Virus record (IMG/VR): IMGVR_UViG_2931359275_000001
DNA from: a virus
Length of the DNA stretch: 64,000 nt
Reading direction: 5' to 3' (one strand)
The stretch's first letter is position 1. The number at the start of each line of letters is the position of its first letter. The notes under the pieces are model-generated. The model saw only the letters and a list, made by a program, of their open reading frames with translations, was not told the origin of the DNA and did no database searches. Position numbers and translations under genes: made by a program. This document shows, in pieces, positions 18,937 to 27,493 of the stretch.

Positions 18937-20724
18937 ATGGAACCCTTATTACTAATCCCACTTATTGTTTTACTTTTTCTATACATTAAAGAAAAAAAAT
19001 CCCACCAAACAAACATAAAACTCGCCAAATTAAGAGAGGATGAATTAAAGTCGCTACAAGAACTGGCTATCAAAGAAGCTGAATCAAAAAATAAAATACT
19101 AAACGCAGAGAATGATGGTCTTAAGTCAAATATCGAGAAACTTAGTAAATACCAATCCATCGCTGACATCGACGAAGAAATAAAAAAGAAAATAACTGAA
19201 TCGCAAACAATCATCGACAGAAACAAAACGCATGCACAAGACATTGTAAATAGCGCTAAATCAGCAGCAGAAAGCACCATTCAAAATGCAAACATCAACG
19301 CTGCAGAACTTAGAAACAAAGCAAACTCACTACTTATCAGTGCGCGTACCGAATCAGAAACCATAGCCAATTCGGCAAAAGCAAACGCAGAACAAATACT
19401 AAAAACCGCTAGAACCAACGCAGCCGAACTTCGCAACAAAGCAGACCAAGCGCTTAACGCTGCCAATAGCCAAGCAGCAGAAATCACACAAAGAGCGCAA
19501 AACAACGCGACAAGCATCGCTGGCGACGCTTATACAGCACTAGAGCGAAGCAAAGAAATCCAAGCCACTGTCACCGCTATGGAAAATGTAATAAAAGGCT
19601 ACGGCATCAAATACCTCAAACCCACACAAAGCCTACTTGATGATTTAGCTGATGGATTTAGCCATACTGACGCAGGATTGCAGCTAACCGCAGCCAGAAA
19701 AAACAGCAAATTACTCACCGAGACGGGCAAGGCTGCCGTGTGTGACTATGTCGAAGTCAATCGAAGCCAAACGGCAATTGCATTCGTAACCGATGCATTT
19801 AACGGCAAAGTAGATTCAATTTTAGCCACCATCAAAGCAGAAAACATCGGAAAACTAGAGCAGCAAATTCATGACGCATATAGTCTAGTGAATCATCTAG
19901 GCAAAGCATTCAGAGACGCCCGAATTACACCCGCCTATCTAGAGTCTCGATTACAAGAACTTAAATTAGCCGCCACAGTAGTAGCATTGCGCGATCAAGA
20001 GCGTGAAGAACAACGCCAAATCAAAGAACAAATCCGCGAAGAAGAAAAAGCCCGTCGCGAATATGAGCGCGCAATTAAAGATGCAGCCAAAGAAGAAGAA
20101 AATATTCGCAAGGCCATGGAAAAAACAGCAACACAAATTGCCAAGGCCACCGATGAACAACGCACTGAATTCGAACTTAAATTGGCAGAGTTACAAGAAA
20201 AACTCACCGAGGCAGAAGCTAAAAATCAACGCGCACTCTCAATGGCACAACAAACCCGTGCTGGACACGTTTATGTCATTTCAAATATTGGTTCATTTGG
20301 CGAAACCGTATTCAAAATCGGCATGACGCGTCGACTAGAGCCGATGGACCGCGTCAAAGAATTAGGCGACGCCTCCGTACCTTTTACTTTTGATGTTCAT
20401 GCCATGATGTATAGCGACGACGCCCCAGGTCTTGAGCGTGAGCTACATCGCCGCTTCAACCTACAGCGTATGAATATGGTTAATTTCCGTAAGGAGTTTT
20501 TCTGTGTCGATTTACAACAGATCAAAAACAGCATTACTGAACTTACCGGAGGTGATTTACTCAAAGAAGCGCCTCACTTCACCCTAACCGCTGCCGCGCA
20601 TGAATACCACGAAACTCAGGCGATCAAGCACATGAACCAAGAAGAGCGTAATCAACATCTAGCACGGCTTCTAAACTTAGAGGCGCTTACGCCACTTGAA
20701 GAACTCAGCGAAGAAATTGAATAG
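18937..20724 (+). CDS. Membrane-anchored DUF4041 + GIY-YIG (T5orf172) nuclease, PD-lambda-1/SNIPE-type defence protein
   Basis: N-terminal TM helix, long coiled coil, AFNGKVD DUF4041 region, GHVYVISNIGSFGETVFKIGMTRRLEPMDRVKELGDASVPFTFDVHA. Confidence 0.88.
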   Translation: MEPLLLIPLIVLLFLYIKEKKSHQTNIKLAKLREDELKSLQELAIKEAESKNKILNAENDGLKSNIEKLSKYQSIADIDEEIKKKITESQTIIDRNKTHAQDIVNSAKSAAESTIQNANINAAELRNKANSLLISARTESETIANSAKANAEQILKTARTNAAELRNKADQALNAANSQAAEITQRAQNNATSIAGDAYTALERSKEIQATVTAMENVIKGYGIKYLKPTQSLLDDLADGFSHTDAGLQLTAARKNSKLLTETGKAAVCDYVEVNRSQTAIAFVTDAFNGKVDSILATIKAENIGKLEQQIHDAYSLVNHLGKAFRDARITPAYLESRLQELKLAATVVALRDQEREEQRQIKEQIREEEKARREYERAIKDAAKEEENIRKAMEKTATQIAKATDEQRTEFELKLAELQEKLTEAEAKNQRALSMAQQTRAGHVYVISNIGSFGETVFKIGMTRRLEPMDRVKELGDASVPFTFDVHAMMYSDDAPGLERELHRRFNLQRMNMVNFRKEFFCVDLQQIKNSITELTGGDLLKEAPHFTLTAAAHEYHETQAIKHMNQEERNQHLARLLNLEALTPLEELSEEIE

Positions 20725-20743
20725 TAAAGAAACAACCAATTTG

Positions 20744-20767
20744 AACCGCCTTAGGGCGGTTTTTTTT
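20744..20767 (+). terminator. Intrinsic terminator
   Basis: AACCGCC/GGCGGTT stem plus T tract. Confidence 0.8.
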
Positions 20768-20786
20768 CGTCCCAAAATCAACAATG

Positions 20787-20846
20787 CCAAATATTGTTGA
20801 TTTTTAATCAACTTATGTTGACTAACAATCAACAATTGTTTATCTT
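20787..20846 (+). promoter_or_regulatory. OL/PL of prophage 1
   Basis: Same operator as OR (TCAAC-TTAT-GTTGA at 20808, near-matches at 20787 and 20829) over TTGACT-17-TATCTT (20818-20846). Confidence 0.8.
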
Positions 20847-20930
20847 TAACACATCACCCCAGCGCAGCGGTGCTGATGTGGGTGTTCAGCCAGTACCAAA
20901 TTCCCCCGCTGCGCTTTTTTGGATGCCCAC

Positions 20931-21305
20931 TATGCGTTCAGCAACAGACACCCTACGCGACATTGCCGGCGGCGAGCTGGTCGAGGATCTCGGCGAAGTC
21001 ATCCGCGAGCTAAACACAGCTATCTCCCTCGTCGACAACGGCAAAGGCGGCAGCATCACCGTAAAAATCAATATCAAACCCGCAGGCCGTCAATCTGGCG
21101 CGATGCGTGTGGGTTATGACATCAAGCTCAGCAAACCAAACCAACCACGCCGCGAATCGATCATGTTTGGTACGCCAGAAGGCGACCTACTCGCCACCGA
21201 TCCAACCCAACGCCAGCTCGACCTACGCGACATCAACGCCACCAGCCCGACCACGGTGCGCGATGTGAACACCACCCCAATCACCCTTAAACAAGTCACC
21301 GCCTA
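20931..21305 (+). CDS. Conserved phage protein preceding DUF2303
   Basis: MRSATDTLRDIAGGELVEDLGE...KGGSITVKI; paralog at 58920. Confidence 0.75.
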
Positions 21306-21320
21306 ATCCGAGGAAAAACC

Positions 21321-22223
21321 ATGCCAGCAGAACAAATCGAAGCCGAACTCGTCAGCCAACCCAGCGCTGTTGCACAAATCTTAAAAGCCGCCCAAAAGCC
21401 GTTTCAAGAAAACGTTGAATTAGAGGCTTATCGTGAAGGGTATCGCCCTGTAGTCTTTATCCCTAATGGCTACAAAGCCGAATACCCCGACTTTGAAAAG
21501 CACCTAGACACCCCGCTACGCAAAACAGGCACCGTGCGCTTAGATGATGCCGAATCATTCGTTTGGTACTTGAAAGAACACGGCCAAGCCAACCGCACCC
21601 GCACCTATCTACAAGCCGATTACGCCGCAGGCAAAGTCAGCTTCACCGCGCTACTCAACGACCACCAAGGCGGCTACACCGAGCAAAACTGGCGCGACCA
21701 TAAAGCCCTATTTACCCCGGCTAATTCCGTGGAGTGGAATACGTGGACAAAGAACAATCGCGAACCAATGATGCAAACCGAGTTCGCCACCTTCCTCGAA
21801 GACAACCTCGCGAATATTTGCGTCATCGAAGGTTTACCGACCGCCACCGACATGATGGAAATGGTGCTCAACTTTGAAGCCACCAACGAAAAACGCTTCA
21901 AATCCGCCGCGCGCCTGCAATCTGGCGGCATCAACTTTGAATACATCGACCAAGAAGACTCCGTCACCAGTAGCAAGATGAAAGTGTTCGAGCGCTTCGC
22001 GATTGCGATACCGGTATTTGTCCAGCCGATTGCCGCCACAGACGCCATCGTCGGCTACCGCATCGATTGCCGCCTGAAATACCGGATTAAGAGCGGTGCA
22101 TTGCTGTTGTGGTTTGAACTGGTACGCGAAGACAAAGTGTTAGAGGCCGCCGCCAAAGACATCGTCGCGCAAATCCAAAACGACAGCGGTTTCCCACTGA
22201 TTGCCGGTAACCCATTCGCCTAA
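21321..22223 (+). CDS. DUF2303 (YfdQ-like) family protein
   Basis: SVEWNTW...MMQTEFATFLEDN and FKSAARLQSG motifs; paralog at 59525. Confidence 0.85.
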   Translation: MPAEQIEAELVSQPSAVAQILKAAQKPFQENVELEAYREGYRPVVFIPNGYKAEYPDFEKHLDTPLRKTGTVRLDDAESFVWYLKEHGQANRTRTYLQADYAAGKVSFTALLNDHQGGYTEQNWRDHKALFTPANSVEWNTWTKNNREPMMQTEFATFLEDNLANICVIEGLPTATDMMEMVLNFEATNEKRFKSAARLQSGGINFEYIDQEDSVTSSKMKVFERFAIAIPVFVQPIAATDAIVGYRIDCRLKYRIKSGALLLWFELVREDKVLEAAAKDIVAQIQNDSGFPLIAGNPFA

Positions 22224-22299
22224 GCATTCCCAGCGTCCAGCCGTTTGAATCAGCACCTACAGACGGCTTGGCGATGTGAATCAAAACAAGGACAGCATC

Positions 22300-22440
22300 A
22301 TGCATACGCTCACAGTTGAATTAATCGACAGCACTGAAGACTTTTTTGTTTTGCGCACTTGGCGGCTACGCGGATGGCGCATTACCCACAAAACGGGTGA
22401 TCGCTATCAAGCCACCCAAACCATCAAGGTGGCAGCATGA
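22300..22440 (+). CDS. Small hypothetical protein (46 aa)
   Basis: AAGGA RBS; ATGA overlap with dNMP kinase start. Confidence 0.5.
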   Translation: MHTLTVELIDSTEDFFVLRTWRLRGWRITHKTGDRYQATQTIKVAA

Positions 22441-23081
22441 AACCTCAAATCATCATTGGCCTTACGGGCAAAGCAGGCGCAGGCAAAGACACTGTTGCCG
22501 ATTACCTCGTGACGCAAAAATTCACCAAAATCGCTTACGCTGATCGTCTCCGTGACGACGTGTGCTTTGCCTGGGGCATCGCGCCCGAGCTACTCACCGA
22601 GCGCAGCACCAAAGAAATACCCCAAACCGCGCTCGCGATATCGGGCTGTCAAGACAGCCGCTTCTTGCAACACATTTTGATCGTGCTAGCCGGTGATGAT
22701 CGCTCGCAATGGGAAATCGAAGCCCGCATGCCGCGAGCACCGCGTTGGATTATGCAGCGTTGGGGCGACTACCGCCGCGCCCTATTTGGTGCCGACTATT
22801 TCTTGATCGAGCTCGCCAACAGAATCGCCGAAATCGACGGCCACATCGTGGTCTCTGACGTGCGCTTTGATAACGAAGCCCAACAGCTGAATCAATTAGG
22901 TGCATGGCTATGGCAAATCCAACGCCCCAACCTCACCGCCGTAACCCAACACGCCAGCGAACAAGGCATCAAATCAGACTGGATTGACTGCGACATCAAC
23001 AACCACGGCACCATCGACGACCTAATCGAAAACACCGCAGATAAATTGACACTGGCGATTTTTGGGGAGAAAGCAGCATGA
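22437..23081 (+). CDS. Deoxynucleotide monophosphate kinase
   Basis: IIGLTGKAGAGKDTVA P-loop, AYADRLR, PRWIMQRWG, VVSDVRFDNEA. Confidence 0.88.
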   Translation: MKPQIIIGLTGKAGAGKDTVADYLVTQKFTKIAYADRLRDDVCFAWGIAPELLTERSTKEIPQTALAISGCQDSRFLQHILIVLAGDDRSQWEIEARMPRAPRWIMQRWGDYRRALFGADYFLIELANRIAEIDGHIVVSDVRFDNEAQQLNQLGAWLWQIQRPNLTAVTQHASEQGIKSDWIDCDINNHGTIDDLIENTADKLTLAIFGEKAA

Positions 23082-23590
23082 GTAAAAAACACACACCCAC
23101 GCTTTGGGCATTTTCAGATACCGATTACTTAAGCGCAAACGGCGTAAAGGCTCGTTTTTGTGAAATTGTAGAACAAACAAAAACGTTTGCGCACTACCGT
23201 CTTTTTGAGGTGCAAAACCCAGCAGAAGACAAAGTCATCGCTCTCTTGGGCTGTGGGCCTGCTAGTTACGACAACGCTCGCCGCATCGTGGCCTGCGTAA
23301 ATCGCCTTACCGCATTCACTACAGAAGACATCGAAAATCCAGCAATCGATTTATTTGGTATTTCCGCATCACAACAGCGAATCTGGAACGCAGAACAACA
23401 GCGCGACGAGCTACTGGCCACGCTAAAAAAACTAGCCGTCGCAACATCACACTATCGAGTCGAATTAGCCGCATTCGTCGGGTTTGGCGCAAATCAACCC
23501 TGCGACGCCGAACGAGCAGCGTATATCGCCATCGCCAAAACGAAAACACGCTACTCATCCGACGTAGAAAGCGACGGTGGTGAGATATGA
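23078..23590 (+). CDS. Hypothetical protein ending in RYSSDVESDGGEI
   Basis: ATGA overlaps on both sides. Confidence 0.7.
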   Translation: MSKKHTPTLWAFSDTDYLSANGVKARFCEIVEQTKTFAHYRLFEVQNPAEDKVIALLGCGPASYDNARRIVACVNRLTAFTTEDIENPAIDLFGISASQQRIWNAEQQRDELLATLKKLAVATSHYRVELAAFVGFGANQPCDAERAAYIAIAKTKTRYSSDVESDGGEI

Positions 23591-24195
23591 AAGTCAAGCT
23601 AAAAATCAATAATCCAGCCGCCGCTATCGCCAGCGCCAAGCGCGTGAAATCGGTACTTGACCGCATCGAGGGCGACTTGGTCATCACCACCGATCACAAC
23701 ACCATCATGACGAGTGAATACACCGTTGCAAATATCTTTTTTTCCTACGCAGCCAAGTACGGCATGCTCGTTAAAGTTGAGGGCGAAGGCACTCAAAAGC
23801 GTCAGGTTTGGCGCAAAACAGGTGAATTCCCCGAGTTTATCGCTCCCGAAATCAGCGAAAGTAAACGCCTTCAGCTCGAAAACCAAGGCCGTGGCCGTGG
23901 TGCAAAACGCACTAAACCCGCCGCAGACAATCAGCAAGTCGCAACGTATTCCAGCGCCAAACAGCGCGCTAACGCGGCAAAAAGCAGCGCCAAACAAGGC
24001 AACGGCTCGGTACTAAAACCCAAATTCAACCACTCAATCAGCCCAGCCAACGAGCCAAAAAATTACGATTTATACGATCGCTACCAGCCCAGCCGCCTAG
24101 GCATCATGAACGAAATCGAAGACAAAGGCGGCTACCAACACCACGTGCACCAGCCAGCCACCACAGGCCGCGTGTTTAGCAAGGGGAGATATTAA
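23587..24195 (+). CDS. Hypothetical protein
   Basis: 202 aa, in-operon ATGA overlap. Confidence 0.65.
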   Translation: MKVKLKINNPAAAIASAKRVKSVLDRIEGDLVITTDHNTIMTSEYTVANIFFSYAAKYGMLVKVEGEGTQKRQVWRKTGEFPEFIAPEISESKRLQLENQGRGRGAKRTKPAADNQQVATYSSAKQRANAAKSSAKQGNGSVLKPKFNHSISPANEPKNYDLYDRYQPSRLGIMNEIEDKGGYQHHVHQPATTGRVFSKGRY

Positions 24196-24196
24196 G

Positions 24197-24448
24197 ATGA
24201 ATACCGCTTTTTTATTAATGGCGCAATTTGAAACGCCACTAATCCCGATTGCCAAAGTCGGCGAATTCCTTGGGATGAGCGAACACCAGATCAACGTGCA
24301 AGCCAGCAAGCATCAGTTGCCGTTCCCAGTGATTAAGCTCAGCGATTCACAAAAAGCCCCGCGCTTTGTACGCATCGAAGACCTAGCGAGCCATATCGAC
24401 CAGCAGGCAGAGAAAGCCAAGACGGTTTGGAAGCGGAATCAGCTATAA
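24197..24448 (+). CDS. PrtN (pyocin activator)-family / excisionase-like DNA-binding protein
   Basis: MNTAFLLMAQF...LPFPV...SQKAPRFVRIEDLASHID motif. Confidence 0.85.
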   Translation: MNTAFLLMAQFETPLIPIAKVGEFLGMSEHQINVQASKHQLPFPVIKLSDSQKAPRFVRIEDLASHIDQQAEKAKTVWKRNQL

Positions 24449-24601
24449 GCATTTCCTATGTAGTTAGTCGCAGCGCCATTTGCTGTTTTTGGTCTAGCGT
24501 TGCTACTGAATAAGCACGCAACTGGACGTAAACGGAAAGTAACCACAGATTAACAACGCAACTGTTCGAAGAGTCCGAACTGTTTAGATAAAGGAAAGAT
24601 C

Positions 24602-24970
24602 ATGGAAAGCGCAAACGTAGAATTATCAAAAGAAGAAAACCAAAAAATCATCGATCAGATGCGAGCGCATCAAGCTGAGCGTAAAGCCGCCACTGTCGCG
24701 GCCCAACCTGCTTTGATACGTCTGATGGCAGTGGCCGAGCGTGACACGGGGCAAAGCCGCGTCATCGCCAAGTTCTTGCTGGGCTGCTACAACGGCAACC
24801 GCTTCCCCTTCGACTTGACGGACTTTCGCGTTCTCGACCACGCCTTGTTTAATGACTGCATGCTTGTTTTATCGATGGACTCTTACTGCACACAAGAGAT
24901 TCATTGCTACTTTGAGAATGGCGGTCAACGCTTCGAGAAATTGGCCGATGACTGGAACTTAAACAAATAA
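24602..24970 (+). CDS. Conserved hypothetical protein (DTGQS family)
   Basis: DTGQSRVIAKFLLGCYNGNRFPFDLTDFR motif, recalled from mobile elements. Confidence 0.7.
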   Translation: MESANVELSKEENQKIIDQMRAHQAERKAATVAAQPALIRLMAVAERDTGQSRVIAKFLLGCYNGNRFPFDLTDFRVLDHALFNDCMLVLSMDSYCTQEIHCYFENGGQRFEKLADDWNLNK

Positions 24971-24986
24971 CAAGGAAAGTCGAATC

Positions 24987-25178
24987 ATGGAAAATGCAAT
25001 TATTGGCATCAATCCAGATACACGAATTTGTGAAGAAGTCGCACTAGCAACTGATAAACAAGCGCGGCAGAACATGCTGCAAAGTGGGCTAGTGATCGGC
25101 GAAACCACAACGGACGTTGCTCGAAAACTGTTGGGTGAAAAAGTAGAAATCACCGCACCGTATGCGTTCGCAAATTAA
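24987..25178 (+). CDS. Hypothetical protein
   Basis: 63 aa with AAGGAAAG RBS. Confidence 0.6.
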   Translation: MENAIIGINPDTRICEEVALATDKQARQNMLQSGLVIGETTTDVARKLLGEKVEITAPYAFAN

Positions 25179-25188
25179 AGGAAAGTCG

Positions 25189-25938
25189 ATGGTAAAAATT
25201 CCAGTCCCGATCTCGGGCGGCAAAGACAGTCAAACCTGCTTGGAGCTAGCAATCGAGCTGGTCGGCGTTGGGCATGTGCAAGGATTATTTTGCGACACAA
25301 AGTTTGAGCATCCACTGACGTATGAACACATCGACTTTATTCGTGACCACTATCGCGTTCAGATTGATGTGGTCAATGCGGGTAATGTACCCGATAAAGT
25401 CCGTAAGTATGGGCGATTCCCAGGTGGTGGCGCACGGTTCTGCACTGACGAGCTAAAGATAAAGCCGACGGTGATTTATGCCAAAGCGCTTGCTACGGCA
25501 CAGGGTGGCTTTGAAATTTGGTATGGAATGCGCTCAGATGAAAGCACTGACCGTGCCGCGAGATATAAAGACCGCGTGAGTGACGAACTCTATACACCTC
25601 ACGAATATATGGCCGGAAAATACCCGAAATATCTAGCAAGAATGGGCGTAATGGTTCGATTGCCAATTCTCGACTGGAGCAAGCATCAGGTGCTGCACCA
25701 GTTGCAAGATCGAGCCAATCCGCTGTATGCCGCAGGATTTGACCGCGTAGGCTGCTTCCCTTGCTTTGCATCGGGTGATGTTCACAAAGAGCGCGCATTT
25801 GGATTCGACAAGTTTGGCAAGCAGCAAAAGGTGATCGCCCTACAACTTGAGCGCGAAATTGGTAAAAGCATCTGGACCAGTCAAGGCGGCAGCCAGCGCA
25901 ACAATCCCGATCAGATGTGCATGATTTGCCAGTCGTAA
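25189..25938 (+). CDS. Phosphoadenosine phosphosulfate (PAPS) reductase-family protein
   Basis: ISGGKDS PP-loop, FCDT..EHPLTY, RFCTDELKIKP, GMRSDES, RVGCFPC. Confidence 0.88.
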   Translation: MVKIPVPISGGKDSQTCLELAIELVGVGHVQGLFCDTKFEHPLTYEHIDFIRDHYRVQIDVVNAGNVPDKVRKYGRFPGGGARFCTDELKIKPTVIYAKALATAQGGFEIWYGMRSDESTDRAARYKDRVSDELYTPHEYMAGKYPKYLARMGVMVRLPILDWSKHQVLHQLQDRANPLYAAGFDRVGCFPCFASGDVHKERAFGFDKFGKQQKVIALQLEREIGKSIWTSQGGSQRNNPDQMCMICQS

Positions 25939-25971
25939 TTGTAGGAATAAATAACTAAGGAAAGCTACATA

Positions 25972-27093
25972 TCACCGCCGATCACTACGCCCATCCATCA
26001 CGATGGGCGTTTTTACTTCCCGATGTAAATCCTCTGCCTTCAATTGCGTATAGCGCGCCAAGTTTTTCCAGCTCTTATGCCCCGACACCAGCGCCACCTC
26101 TTGAATCTGATAACCTTGCTCAAACAAACGGCTAATCGCCTCATGCCGCAAGTCGTGGAACGTCAGGCCGTCAATCTGTGCCAAGCGACACAGCCGCTCA
26201 AACCGCGCTCTAACGCCATCAGCGGTATACGGAAAAATGCGCGCATCAGTACGCGGCTGGGCTTGGATGATTGCCAAAGACTCACCCAATAACGGCACGC
26301 GCTGATTATTACCAATCTTTTCTTTGGGGTCTTTTCGATCTCGAATCACAATCGCTTTTTTGGCCTCATCCAAATCAGACCAGAGCAGACCGACAATCTC
26401 ACCTTGTCGCATCCCCGTCTCAATCGCAAAGCGCACGATATCGGCGATGGGGATAAAGCCTTTGTGTTTCCATTTTTCGGCCTGCACTAAAAATGCCGCC
26501 AACTCCCCAGGCAATAAACGTCGATCACGCTCTACCGATTTAGCCAATAAACCCAAAGACCAGCACTCATCACGACCCAATTCAAACTCGGCCACCGGCA
26601 CATCTAAGCCAAAAAAAGCCTTGGCGCGACGCAGTGCACCACCTAAATACACAATATCCTGATTCACAGTTTGCGGCTTAGCGCCCTCAGCACGCCGATC
26701 ACGGCAATATGTAATCACTGCAGCGGGCGTTATATCGACCAATGGCAAAGCGCCAATTCGTGAGCGAGCCACAATCCCCAGTGAACTGCGCTTGGTATCC
26801 CCTAGCGGCTTATCTTTTTCTAAAAACGCAATGTACTTAGCAATCAAATCAGCAACAGTCAGACCCCGTAAACTACGCACGCGAATAGATTCATCATCTT
26901 TCATCGCCTCGGTAAGCCGTGCCGCCCAATCCTCAGCCTCGCGCTTCGTCGCAGCCTCAGCCCTTGGCCCCTTACCCATCACCAAAAAACTACGCGACTC
27001 ACTCAATACCGTCTTACCATTACGAAATAAGCGCACCGAGGCTTTAAAACTAATCGAGCCGTCTTTGTTTTCTTTGCGTAAAATAGTAGCCAT
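25972..27093 (-). CDS. int: Tyrosine integrase, dusA-associated type
   Basis: ETGMRQGEI, FHDLRHEAISRLFE, SGHKSWKNLARYT catalytic motifs; divergent dusA 5' mimic next to it. Confidence 0.92.
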   Translation of the reverse strand: MATILRKENKDGSISFKASVRLFRNGKTVLSESRSFLVMGKGPRAEAATKREAEDWAARLTEAMKDDESIRVRSLRGLTVADLIAKYIAFLEKDKPLGDTKRSSLGIVARSRIGALPLVDITPAAVITYCRDRRAEGAKPQTVNQDIVYLGGALRRAKAFFGLDVPVAEFELGRDECWSLGLLAKSVERDRRLLPGELAAFLVQAEKWKHKGFIPIADIVRFAIETGMRQGEIVGLLWSDLDEAKKAIVIRDRKDPKEKIGNNQRVPLLGESLAIIQAQPRTDARIFPYTADGVRARFERLCRLAQIDGLTFHDLRHEAISRLFEQGYQIQEVALVSGHKSWKNLARYTQLKAEDLHREVKTPIVMDGRSDRR

Positions 27094-27103
27094 AGCCGCG
27101 CCA

Positions 27104-27152
27104 TTTGCACCTTGAGAAATTTTAGCCCTCTAAGTTACAGTCAAGGTGCAAA
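27104..27152. repeat. 12-bp inverted repeat, putative integrase arm sites
   Basis: TTTGCACCTTGA (27104) / TCAAGGTGCAAA (27141); related ATGCACC at 27364 and TGTAGCACT/AGTGCTACA at 27351/27407. Confidence 0.55.
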
Positions 27153-27194
27153 TTTTGCAAACCAATACGCAGCAAACCCAATAAAACTGAAAAA

Positions 27195-27308
27195 ATGTTA
27201 AATAACGAAACCCTAGCAAAATCAAGCCAAAACCCAGCAAACCCAATGCCTGCAAGGGGTAGAAGGTTCTGCATCGCGCCGATGCTCGATTGGACGATTA
27301 AAAAATAA
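27195..27308 (+). pseudogene. dusA: Phage-supplied dusA 5' fragment containing the att core; not followed by the rest of dusA
   Basis: 37 codons ending RRFCIAPMLDWT-IKK-stop; APMLDWT is the conserved DusA N-terminal motif. Confidence 0.8.
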
Positions 27309-27416
27309 ACACTATATTTATCAACAATCTAAGCACAGTTAAAAATAAATGTAGCACTACCGAATGCACCAATTTTTTTAAAAATCGCTGCACATTATCA
27401 AAAACAAGTGCTACAC

Positions 27417-27437
27417 AGCCCAGATGGGCTTTTTTTT
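27417..27437 (+). terminator. Intrinsic terminator
   Basis: AGCCC/GGGCT stem plus T tract. Confidence 0.55.
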
Positions 27438-27493
27438 ATCCGTTCTGCATAGCGCCTACGATACGTAGAACTGAACGTTTTTATCTTTTCAGC

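Larger units (their letters stand above)
1..27296. mobile_element. Prophage 1 (lambda-like siphovirus type; left end outside window)
   Basis: Continuous head/tail, terminase, replication, immunity, early and integrase modules ending at a dusA-like att site. Confidence 0.93.
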
